Shown here: positions 6,009 to 14,795 of the stretch, piece after piece
Layout of the letters: every line of letters starts with the position of its first letter
Numbering within the stretch: the stretch's first letter is position 1
Virus record (IMG/VR): IMGVR_UViG_3300028048_001412
Location: 173,858 to 237,857 of that record
Direction: 5' to 3' (one strand)
DNA length: 64,000 bases
From: a virus
Taxonomy: Duplodnaviria; Heunggongvirae; Uroviricota; Caudoviricetes
Program-made: the position numbers and the translations under genes
The notes under the pieces: generated by a model
Told to the model about the DNA's origin: nothing
Seen by the model: only the letters and a program-made list of their open reading frames with translations
Database searches by the model: none

Positions 6009-7940
6009 ATGAAAGCAGATTCAAAAAATTATTTAGTATTTGATAAGATGGCTCAAAAATTACAAATAACTCCTTGGTTTGAATTAGTAAATAATGAACC
6101 AAAAGTTAGTTTTGTAGATTGCATCAAGAACGGATTCATAGTAATTAACTATAAACATGAACCAAAAGATATTACTAAATCTATGTTTGAAATGTTAAAA
6201 TCTGACTTTTCAAGAAATAATAAAACATTATTTGGTAATTTTGAGAATGTAGTAAATATGACTGATGCCGAATACTATGCTCATCAAATCCTTCATTATT
6301 TTAGTACATATGGATTAGAATCATTAGGATTACAAGCTCATCCATATATACCAGCAAAAGAATTATGGGCTGGAAAAGATGAAGTATTGAAAGATATAAA
6401 TGAAGATGCTAAAATCACAGTTATAAGATTATTAGATGATGAAGATTACATCAATGAATTAACTTCTTATATTTGTGAAATGAAAGCTCCTAAAAATGAT
6501 ACATTATTTTATGAATATTGCTTTGATTTAATACCAAATTCAATTACTGAAAATGATATAAGAAGTTATGAAATGAAAGCGATATTCTATAATAAGAGAG
6601 GAATATATCCTAAGAATCCTATTGATTTTTTAAGATATGTAATATATTTAGCTATTGGAAATACTTTAATGATTAAGAATAAAGCAATGATGAATTCTAT
6701 TAAGAGTGTTTGGGATTCTAAATCTAAAGAAAAAATAGTAAATGCATTTAAATCATATGATTTAACTAAATTAGCATCTATATTTTATAGATTTAAACCA
6801 TTATTCTTATCATTTAAATCAGTAGATCCAAAAATAAAACCTATTATAAATAAGATAAGAAAACTTGCACCAACTTATCATAAACCATTAGAAGGATTAT
6901 GTGTTCAAAATGTATTTGAAATGAGTGATTATTTTACTCAAGATGAATTAAAACTATTCATTAAAGATATAGATACAAGAGATCTTTTCAAATTATTAAA
7001 TGCTTGGGCTAATGCTAATAATGAATATAGAATATTCGGAATTAGAAATGGAAAAGCATATGTAAAAGAAAAGACTCAAGATAAAGATCTTTACAATTCA
7101 TCTATGTTTAATACTGTAAAATCTATAATGGATGAGATAAATGATAGATATGCAAAGAAATTTGAAGGAAAAGCAATAATTATACCTTCATATATAAATT
7201 ATAGATTACCAATATCTGAAAAAGATATGGTTGGTAAATATCCAAATGGAACTTATTTAGAAGTAGGTAAAAATTCATTATCATTAGGAATTGCTTGGAA
7301 TAATAAAGAAGATAAATCAGGATATGATTATGATGGAAGAGTTGATATTGATTTATATTTAATATCTGCTACTAAAAGATTTGGATGGAATTCTTCAAGA
7401 ACAGATGGTGATATAATATATTCAGGTGATATGACAGATGCAACTAATGGAGCAGCTGAAGCATTCTATATAAATAATACAAATGATGATTATATTATAG
7501 ATACTAGATTATATACTGGAAATGAGCCTGTAGATATGAATTTATTTATAAGTAAGAAAAAGGTAGAAAGAAGTTATGGAAAAGATTATATATATGACCC
7601 AAATGAAGATATAATTCCAAATATACCACTTACTATAAAGAATGAAGGATTAAATATAGGATTATATCACGACGGAAAAGTATATTTATATAATAAATCT
7701 ATAAGTTCTGGTATAGTTCCTACTAGTCATTATGAATCATTCATAAAAGGATTAGTAGAAAAACTTGAAAAGAGTGTAGATTTAAAAGATATATTTGATA
7801 TATTAAAAGTTCCAGTTTATAATTCAATAGAAGATTTGAGAAAAGATTATGATAATACTCAAATAGAAGATGCTAATATAATTGATCTTGATCCTTCTAT
7901 TGTAACAGAAAAGACTTTATTTGATTTATTTGAGAAATAA
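6009..7940 (+). CDS. helical (putative ROT/TROVE-like) protein with C-terminal TerD-like domain
   Basis: C-terminal DIDL..GWN..YSGDMTDA.NGAAE resembles TerD; N-terminal QILHYFSTYG and LASIFYRFKPLFL motifs recalled from this phage family; the ROT-like call is inference. Confidence 0.6.
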   Translation: MKADSKNYLVFDKMAQKLQITPWFELVNNEPKVSFVDCIKNGFIVINYKHEPKDITKSMFEMLKSDFSRNNKTLFGNFENVVNMTDAEYYAHQILHYFSTYGLESLGLQAHPYIPAKELWAGKDEVLKDINEDAKITVIRLLDDEDYINELTSYICEMKAPKNDTLFYEYCFDLIPNSITENDIRSYEMKAIFYNKRGIYPKNPIDFLRYVIYLAIGNTLMIKNKAMMNSIKSVWDSKSKEKIVNAFKSYDLTKLASIFYRFKPLFLSFKSVDPKIKPIINKIRKLAPTYHKPLEGLCVQNVFEMSDYFTQDELKLFIKDIDTRDLFKLLNAWANANNEYRIFGIRNGKAYVKEKTQDKDLYNSSMFNTVKSIMDEINDRYAKKFEGKAIIIPSYINYRLPISEKDMVGKYPNGTYLEVGKNSLSLGIAWNNKEDKSGYDYDGRVDIDLYLISATKRFGWNSSRTDGDIIYSGDMTDATNGAAEAFYINNTNDDYIIDTRLYTGNEPVDMNLFISKKKVERSYGKDYIYDPNEDIIPNIPLTIKNEGLNIGLYHDGKVYLYNKSISSGIVPTSHYESFIKGLVEKLEKSVDLKDIFDILKVPVYNSIEDLRKDYDNTQIEDANIIDLDPSIVTEKTLFDLFEK

Positions 7941-7998
7941 TAATTTTATAATATATTTTATAAGTATTTCTCTTATAAATCATGTATAATATATTTAT

Positions 7999-8489
7999 AA
8001 GGCAGAAATGGTTCCTATTTTTACTTTAAAAAGCAGGTTTTACCATGGGCCTTTTGATATAATAGATGTTGTTAAGCAATTTCACTATTACTAAACCAAA
8101 GAAGAAGTGCTTGAGTTAGGATTCTCGGAAATAAAAATCCATTTTTAGAACAAGTTGGCAAAAGAACTTCCTTTAAACCACAAAATATTAAGCCTTCGGG
8201 CTTATCTAGTTTAGTTCTAGCTAACGTTTAGAGAATAGGACATAAAATACTTCCTTTATATCTTAATAGGTAAAGAGAAGACCCTATATTCTCTACCCAA
8301 AGAGAATGTAGTGGATTATAGTATTCGTCCTGGGATTAGTTTTAGGCATATAATACTTCCTTTAAAAAATTCAAATTGATAATTGAAAAAATAGTATTCG
8401 CCTATTTAGTAAAAAGCTTATTTGTAGAAAAAGTCATAGAAACTTCCTATATTTAAGAAATAATTCTAATATGGTTTTAGTTTCCGATT
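7999..8489 (+). repeat. array of five structurally conserved RNA modules (UUCC motif)
   Basis: Modules 7999-8053, 8154-8225, 8236-8332, 8343-8404, 8432-8489 share outer stem, asymmetric internal loop, inner stem, TTCCT and TA linker, with compensatory changes. Confidence 0.8.
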
Positions 8490-8500
8490 GTAAATAAGCG

Positions 8501-8578
8501 TATAGTTGAACTTAAATTATGATGGTCATAGCCTTCGCCTATGGAGGTGATATATAGGTTCGAATCCTATCAACTATA
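8501..8578 (+). ncRNA. tRNA-like domain (no D stem, loop CCTTCGC)
   Basis: 8-bp TATAGTTG/CAACTATA, CATAG/CTATG arm, T arm ATAGG-TTCGAAT-CCTAT. Confidence 0.7.
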
Positions 8579-8600
8579 TTTGTTCAGTTAAATGATAGAT

Positions 8601-8632
8601 GAGGGATTCTTTAATAGGATCCCTCTATTCTT
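8601..8632 (+). terminator. terminator-like hairpin closing the non-coding unit
   Basis: GAGGGATTC-TTTAATA-GGATCCCTC followed by a weak T-rich tail. Confidence 0.55.
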
Positions 8633-8641
8633 ATAGAAATA

Positions 8642-8670
8642 TTGATTTATGAATAAAAATATCTTATAAT
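8642..8670 (+). promoter_or_regulatory. sigmaA-type promoter
   Basis: TTGATT-17 bp-TATAAT. Confidence 0.75.
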
Positions 8671-8699
8671 ATATTATTATAAAATGGAGGAACAAAATT

Positions 8700-9278
8700 A
8701 TGAATAATATGTTGAGACCAAGATTAAATTGGAGAAATTTATGTATAATTTTTTCAATGATCTTTTTCATTGTGGGATTTAATATAGGAAAAGTATTTGC
8801 TAGTGGGATAAATAATGCAGGAATAATTACAGGAAATGGACCAAAAACAATAGTTTATAATATTGAACAATCTAATTCTAATAATTTTCAATTTAATGGT
8901 AATTTGAAACCTGCGACTCCTTTTATTCCAAATAATAATCTTCCTGAAACAGTAATTATTACAGGATATGCTCAATTAACTGATGGAGGAACGGTAATAA
9001 TTCCAAATTCATTATATCAAATATTACCTCAATCTTATTATAATTTAGTAATAACTTATAATAGTCCAGTTCAATGCCTAGCTGTATTTACCATTCAATA
9101 TGATTTAAATGGTGTAAAACAAACTAAAGAAATAGTTCAACCTATTAATGCAGGATTTCAAACTATAACATTGTATAATTGGATGATTAAAAGTTCATAT
9201 AATTCTTTAGGTGTTCCTGTTAATTTTGACATTCAAAATCTAGTATGTACAAATGTAAGGCCAGTGATGTCAAAATAA
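8700..9278 (+). CDS. exported or membrane-anchored hypothetical protein
   Basis: N-terminal hydrophobic helix, GGAGG RBS. Confidence 0.75.
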   Translation: MNNMLRPRLNWRNLCIIFSMIFFIVGFNIGKVFASGINNAGIITGNGPKTIVYNIEQSNSNNFQFNGNLKPATPFIPNNNLPETVIITGYAQLTDGGTVIIPNSLYQILPQSYYNLVITYNSPVQCLAVFTIQYDLNGVKQTKEIVQPINAGFQTITLYNWMIKSSYNSLGVPVNFDIQNLVCTNVRPVMSK

Positions 9279-9339
9279 TAAAAATCAAATATAATATATT
9301 TTATATGAATATATTATTTTATATATTATAATAAATATT

Positions 9340-9642
9340 ATGACAAAACAAGAAAAATATAATAAAATTAAACATTTACTTCCAAAAATAATAACTTGCA
9401 TGGGATCAGAAATAGAAGAGATGAGAAAACAAGGAAAAGAAAGTTTCTGGTATAACGGATTACAATGTGCAATAGATTCAGAATTAAAATGTGAAGTAAG
9501 AAGTACACAAATAGATTCAGAAATGGCATATATAGTTGCTGATTATTTTGGAATTAAAGGAACTCATTATGAGAATATAGAACCTTTACATATGAAAATA
9601 AGAAGAGAAAAGAAAGGTTCAATTTTAAAAAGAATTAAATAA
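9340..9642 (+). CDS. hypothetical protein
   Basis: 100-aa ORF. Confidence 0.7.
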   Translation: MTKQEKYNKIKHLLPKIITCMGSEIEEMRKQGKESFWYNGLQCAIDSELKCEVRSTQIDSEMAYIVADYFGIKGTHYENIEPLHMKIRREKKGSILKRIK

Positions 9643-9664
9643 ATTAAAATTTCGGAGGAAATAA

Positions 9665-10459
9665 ATGTTAGGACCACAGCATAAGCAATTCAATATACCA
9701 TTTAGTATTTTAATATCATGTATATTAGTAGGAATATTAGGATTTAGTCCAATATTCTTCGCTTCTATTCCAGTAGGAATATATACATATTCTTTATGCG
9801 ATATAGATGCTCAACATGTTCCAAGAAGATGGAAAATGTTAAAAACATTATGGATATCTTTAATAGTAAGTATATTTATAGTATCTTTAGTTGCAACTGG
9901 ATATTTTGGATATAATATATTTACACAAAAAATGAATTATAATGATGTAATTCAATATTTCGGATTATCTTTAGGAGTAGTTTTATTTTATATATTGTGT
10001 TTCAAATATAATAGTTCTTCTAAAGGAAAATGGTTAACTGCACATAGAGGATTTACTCATAGATTGATAGTTGTTATTATCCCTATGTTAGTGTTTTGGC
10101 AATTAAATAGTTTAATTCCTAATTCAAATGATAAACAAATAATTCTTATAAAAACAGCGCAAGTATTTTTAGCAGGATTAAGTACAGGAATATTAGGACA
10201 TCAATTAGCCGATCTGGAATGTGCTCGAGGTATAAAAGGTTGGTTATGGCCTTTATTTCCAGAAACAACTATATCTATAGGAAAAGCTATAAGCGCAGAT
10301 CCTAAAGATCCTAGAAAACCACACAAAAGTTCAATCATATATACTAATATTAGTTGTGTAATATTTATAATATTAACAATTATTATTTTAATTAAATTCG
10401 GAGATAATTTTATCAAATTATTGCCTATTCAAATAAGAGAATTGATAAATGTTAAATGA
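9665..10459 (+). CDS. membrane metal-dependent hydrolase (YdjM-like)
   Basis: Multiple TM helices, N-terminal H, DID, HRGFTH, GHQLAD motifs. Confidence 0.8.
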   Translation: MLGPQHKQFNIPFSILISCILVGILGFSPIFFASIPVGIYTYSLCDIDAQHVPRRWKMLKTLWISLIVSIFIVSLVATGYFGYNIFTQKMNYNDVIQYFGLSLGVVLFYILCFKYNSSSKGKWLTAHRGFTHRLIVVIIPMLVFWQLNSLIPNSNDKQIILIKTAQVFLAGLSTGILGHQLADLECARGIKGWLWPLFPETTISIGKAISADPKDPRKPHKSSIIYTNISCVIFIILTIIILIKFGDNFIKLLPIQIRELINVK

Positions 10460-11717
10460 CAAGAAAATATTAGAAATATTTTTGAGAGATAATGGTACAA
10501 TTATTTCATCAAAAACTTCTGAAAATTATTTAAAATATCATCTGGAACAAAAAGAATATTTAATTAATAGATATCCAAAAGAAGAATTTGTAAGTTATTC
10601 TTTTACTATATGGAGAATATTAAATAATTTAGAGGATAGACCTGTTTGTAAAATATGTGGAAAACCATTAACTAGAATGAAAACAAAATATTGCTCTAAA
10701 AATTGTGCTAATAAAGATGAAGAGGCTTTTAAAAAAGAAGGACTCACTTTAAAAAATACAATTGCAAATTTTAAAAAGAGTAATCCCGAATTATATAAAA
10801 TAAGATGTGAACAGACTGGAAAAAGTAGAAAAAAGCATATAAAAGAAGATCCTGAATGGCATAATCGAGTAATGGAAAAAACCAGACTTACTCTGACAAA
10901 AAATCATCCAGACGATCCGACATGTGGTCAATTCGGTTCTAAACGCCATGAAGAAGCAATGATTAAAAAATACGGTGATAAGAATTATAATAATGCTGAA
11001 AAAATGAAAGAAACAATTGCCCATAAATTGAAAGAGGATCCTGATTTTTATAATAAAATAAATTTTAAAAGGAAACAAACTTTATTAGAAAAAATTGGAT
11101 ATGAAAATAATTCACAAGATCCGAAAAATAAAGAAATAATTTCAAAAATATGGGATGAAAAATCAGAAGAAGAAATATTAAACATTAGAAAAAGAGCTTA
11201 TGAGACTGCAAAAAGAAATAATCCTGATGATCCTTTAAATTCAAGAAAAGCAAATAATACTAAAATGGAAAAATACGGCACTTTTTATCCTAAAAGAATA
11301 TATAAATTAAATCAAAAAATACTAGATGAATTAAATATAAATATTAAAATAAATGAAGAAATTAAATTTGACTCTTTTCCAGAAGTATTATTTTTTATAA
11401 CATCTAAATTAAAAGGAAAAGATATAATTAGAAATAAAAAAGGATATGAATATAAAATAAATAATAAGATTCATCATTATTATCCTGATTTTATAATAAA
11501 TAATGATATTTATGAAGTTAAAAGTAATTTAGGGATGGATGATAATGGAAATTTAACTAATATTTTTACTGGAGAAATAGAAAATGTAGAAAAATGTCAA
11601 TGCATGAAGGATAACAAAGTAATAGTAATAAAAGAAAAAGAAATATATAATGAGATAAATAATTATTTGGATAGATCTATTGTAAAACAATTAAGGATTA
11701 AATGTAAAACTTGGTAA
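10449..11717 (+). CDS. putative homing endonuclease (Zn finger, repeats, PD-(D/E)xK C-terminus)
   Basis: CKICGK..YCSKNC; YYPDF..IYEVKS. Confidence 0.65.
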   Translation: MLNDKKILEIFLRDNGTIISSKTSENYLKYHLEQKEYLINRYPKEEFVSYSFTIWRILNNLEDRPVCKICGKPLTRMKTKYCSKNCANKDEEAFKKEGLTLKNTIANFKKSNPELYKIRCEQTGKSRKKHIKEDPEWHNRVMEKTRLTLTKNHPDDPTCGQFGSKRHEEAMIKKYGDKNYNNAEKMKETIAHKLKEDPDFYNKINFKRKQTLLEKIGYENNSQDPKNKEIISKIWDEKSEEEILNIRKRAYETAKRNNPDDPLNSRKANNTKMEKYGTFYPKRIYKLNQKILDELNINIKINEEIKFDSFPEVLFFITSKLKGKDIIRNKKGYEYKINNKIHHYYPDFIINNDIYEVKSNLGMDDNGNLTNIFTGEIENVEKCQCMKDNKVIVIKEKEIYNEINNYLDRSIVKQLRIKCKTW

Positions 11718-11805
11718 TTTTATTGCATAATATAATTATAATTTCAAAATGATGTTACCTAAATAAATCAATTTGAATATTATTTAAAAGGAGGGCTAGA
11801 TATTA

Positions 11806-12540
11806 ATGGCTAAAAATAAAAAAGAAAATATAGATAAATCAAAAACTAAAACTGCGATTAAAGATAAATCAAATAAAAAATCTGTTAAAAATAATAAAAA
11901 GAATATAACTAATCTTTCATATGAAATGCAAATGAAGATGATAGATGAAATGACATTATCTAAAAAATTATTTTTAATGAGAGAATTTATAGATTATGTT
12001 TCTTTGGGTTTATCTGTAGATGTAGCAGTGGTAGATAGAGTATATGAAGATTTGTTAAATTCATTAAAAGATTATGAATATTTAAAAGAACAATATATGG
12101 ACTATTTAGATTCTTTAGATAATCCTCCTGAATATTCAGAAGAAAATAATAATGATATTTTAAATAATGGAGAAATTACTAATACTATAGATTCTGAAAT
12201 TCCTGCTGGATCCGAAACTCCTGTTGCTCAACAAACGACTGTAGAAGGATTAGCGCAAATATTATATGGTAAAAATTATACTAAATTAATAGACGGAATA
12301 GACGATATAAATCAAGATCATGGATTATTATATAATATTTATTATCATCCATTTCCTCCTAATAATTTAAGAATTAAAATATACGATGATAATGAAGGAA
12401 AATTAATTAGATGGTATGAAAATAAAGAAGATTTAGATGAAAATTTAGAAGAAGATTTAAATACTTTATTTAAAAGAAAAAAGTCTTATTGGTATAAAAT
12501 TCCTAAATTAAGTCCTAATAAAAGTGAGAATAGAGAATAA
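11806..12540 (+). CDS. hypothetical protein
   Basis: 244-aa ORF, GGAGG RBS. Confidence 0.75.
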   Translation: MAKNKKENIDKSKTKTAIKDKSNKKSVKNNKKNITNLSYEMQMKMIDEMTLSKKLFLMREFIDYVSLGLSVDVAVVDRVYEDLLNSLKDYEYLKEQYMDYLDSLDNPPEYSEENNNDILNNGEITNTIDSEIPAGSETPVAQQTTVEGLAQILYGKNYTKLIDGIDDINQDHGLLYNIYYHPFPPNNLRIKIYDDNEGKLIRWYENKEDLDENLEEDLNTLFKRKKSYWYKIPKLSPNKSENRE

Positions 12541-12564
12541 AATATAAGTATAATATTTATATTT

Positions 12565-12636
12565 CTTCCAATAGTTCAATGGATAGAATATAAGGCTACG
12601 AACCTTAAGATGAGAGTTCGAATCTTTCTTGGAAGT
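12565..12636 (+). tRNA. tRNA-Arg(ACG)
   Basis: CTTCCAA/TTGGAAG acceptor, TAAGG-CTACGAA-CCTTA; directly upstream of tmRNA. Confidence 0.95.
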
Positions 12637-12640
12637 TTAT

Positions 12641-13006
12641 GGGCTTGACAGGTTTCGACCGGCTAAATGGATAAGCAAGGACACCCGTTAGAGTACAGAG
12701 TTCGTCATACTCGGTACAATCGAATAAACGCTAATAACGTTGTTCGTGCTAATAGAGTAACTAGACCAGTTGCTCTTGCAGCCTAAACTAAATCCTTTAC
12801 TATTTAATAGATAAAGGTAGTTGGTAAGAGTAATTCCTATAAACTCTTAAACTTAATCTGATTAGGATAAGCTTTGAAAAGCGTTAGATGAGTTATATTC
12901 TAATTTCTAGACTCATTGAAACTATTTAAGAAGTTAGAGATGGTGTTAATTCCTTAAATTGAAAGATAGTTGGGACAGGGAGTTCGAATCTCCCTCAGGT
13001 CCACCA
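12641..13006 (+). ncRNA. ssrA: tmRNA; tag (A)ANNVVRANRVTRPVALAA at 12730-12786
   Basis: 5' GGGCTTG...GGTTTCGAC, 3' T arm TTCGAAT plus CAGGTCC-A-CCA, G3:U70 Ala determinant, ATAAAC-GCT resume context, tag ends ALAA-stop. Confidence 0.95.
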
Positions 13007-13066
13007 AAAATAATCCTGAAAAGGTTTATATAAATAAAAATTGATATTATTGAGGAGGAAAAATAA

Positions 13067-13318
13067 ATGTCAAGTTTAAGAGAAGAATTAGCAAAACAAC
13101 CAAAGGTTCCTTATATAAAGGATTCCCAAATTACTCAAGCAAAATATGAGATAATGAAAAATAAGATGGAAACTATTAAAGAAGCTTGTACTAGGTTAAA
13201 AAATAGTGCAGTTTCTAAAAATGATGCTTTAAGAGAGATTAAAAATATTATTCTTTCTAAAGATGAAGATGATAAAGTTTGGAAATCATTACTTGGAGAT
13301 GCTTATCAAGGAAAATAA
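13067..13318 (+). CDS. hypothetical protein
   Basis: 83-aa ORF, GAGGAGG RBS. Confidence 0.7.
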   Translation: MSSLREELAKQPKVPYIKDSQITQAKYEIMKNKMETIKEACTRLKNSAVSKNDALREIKNIILSKDEDDKVWKSLLGDAYQGK

Positions 13319-13324
13319 TTTTTA

Positions 13325-14482
13325 ATGAAAGAAAATTTAATTTTAACCATAGAAGGATGGAAACCTTTAAGTAAATGTAAAAAAGGTGAGAAAGTATTTG
13401 ATGGTAAAGGTAATTTAACAACCATTTCTTCTATAAGAACTAAAGAATCTAATATTTATAAAATAACTTATGATGATCATTCTATATCATTAATAGATGA
13501 AAATACTAAAATAGATTTTTATAGATATGATGTTATTTCTCAAAAAAGATTGCGAGATAAAGAAGGTCATCTTTTAGAAAAAAGAGATATAATTTCAGAT
13601 AATGTAGATTATTCAATGACAGCAAAAGAAATTATAGATATTCTTAAATCTAAAACTACAATAAGAAATAAAAGATTGAGAATAAAAAACGTTTCTATAA
13701 AAGGATTAAAAACTAAATTATTAGTTCCTCCTTATATATTAGGAATAATGTTAGGTGATGGAACTATTTCTAAAACTACTAAAACTCCTACATTTACTTG
13801 TAATACTAGTAAAATGAAAGGTGATCCAGATATAGCAATGTTTTTAGAAAAATATTGTAAATCCATTGGAGATTATTTGACTCCCATAAGAAAAGGTAAA
13901 TGGAAAAAGACAATGGATTTTAGAATTAACGGAATGCATTTAAAAGAATTGCTTCAAAAGATAGGAGTTTATGGTCATGATTCAACTGATAAATATATTC
14001 CTGTCAATTATTTATTAGCAGATAGAGAAAGTAGATTACAATTAATTAGAGGATTGATGGATACTGATGGATTTATTACTTTAAGAAAGAAACAAGGAAG
14101 AGATACAGGATATAATTACGGATTCGAAGTAGTATCTAAATTATTAGCGGATGGATTAGATTTCTTATTGCATTCTTTAGGATATGCAAATACTAAAGGA
14201 TATAAAGCAGAAAATTTCTATATTAAAAATGGAATGAAATTTCCAGGAAAGCCTGTATTTAGAAATGTTCCGAGAGTTCCATCAGAAGTAAGTTTATTTA
14301 ATTGTAAGAGAAAGAAAGATAGAGAAATTAAATATAAAGAAAAACATACTAAATTAAAAACAGTAGATAAAACAATTAAAAAGATAGATAGATTAGGTAA
14401 AGGAAAATATTACTACGTTTCTTTATCAAATGGATGTAATTCATATATAGGTAGTAACTGGACTAAAATTAATTGTAAATAA
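13325..14482 (+). CDS. free-standing intein-like (Hint plus LAGLIDADG) endonuclease without exteins
   Basis: ILTIEGWKPL..G..V Hint N-terminus, YILGIMLGDG and LIRGLMDTDG helices, C-terminus ..INCK-stop. Confidence 0.8.
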   Translation: MKENLILTIEGWKPLSKCKKGEKVFDGKGNLTTISSIRTKESNIYKITYDDHSISLIDENTKIDFYRYDVISQKRLRDKEGHLLEKRDIISDNVDYSMTAKEIIDILKSKTTIRNKRLRIKNVSIKGLKTKLLVPPYILGIMLGDGTISKTTKTPTFTCNTSKMKGDPDIAMFLEKYCKSIGDYLTPIRKGKWKKTMDFRINGMHLKELLQKIGVYGHDSTDKYIPVNYLLADRESRLQLIRGLMDTDGFITLRKKQGRDTGYNYGFEVVSKLLADGLDFLLHSLGYANTKGYKAENFYIKNGMKFPGKPVFRNVPRVPSEVSLFNCKRKKDREIKYKEKHTKLKTVDKTIKKIDRLGKGKYYYVSLSNGCNSYIGSNWTKINCK

Positions 14483-14537
14483 GATTTAGTCCTTCATAAT
14501 TTACAGATTAGTTTATTGATCGATACAGTTCCTCCTT

Positions 14538-14573
14538 AAAATACACTCTCCTTTAAAGAGGGTGTATTTTTTT
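14538..14573 (+). terminator. rho-independent terminator
   Basis: ATACACTCTC/GAGGGTGTAT hairpin plus T-tract. Confidence 0.85.
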
Positions 14574-14721
14574 GCTGTTTTTCAAATAGTCAATGTAAAA
14601 TATAAGGAATCAGTAAAACGTCGCTTTATATCGCAAAATTCAAAAATTCACACGAAAAAAGCGTTGAAAATCCAACATATTTTTTCAGCAAAAATTGACC
14701 AAATTTTTTTAAAAGTTTCCC

Positions 14722-14765
14722 TTGATTTTTTCTTCAAAGTATCTTATAATATTATTATAATATTA
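14722..14765 (+). promoter_or_regulatory. sigmaA-type early promoter with tandem TATAATATTA repeat
   Basis: TTGATT (14722)-17 bp-TATAAT (14745). Confidence 0.8.
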
Positions 14766-14795
14766 AAATAATATTTTTAAGGAGGAATTAAAAAT

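Noticed and set aside
8210-8230. preQ1-I riboswitch-like GTTCTAGCTA
   Set aside because: Better explained as the 3' strand of module M1; no flanking P1 stem or A-rich tail.
7999-8489. CRISPR array interpretation of the repeats
   Set aside because: Repeats are not identical, spacing is irregular, conservation is structural, and no cas genes are present.
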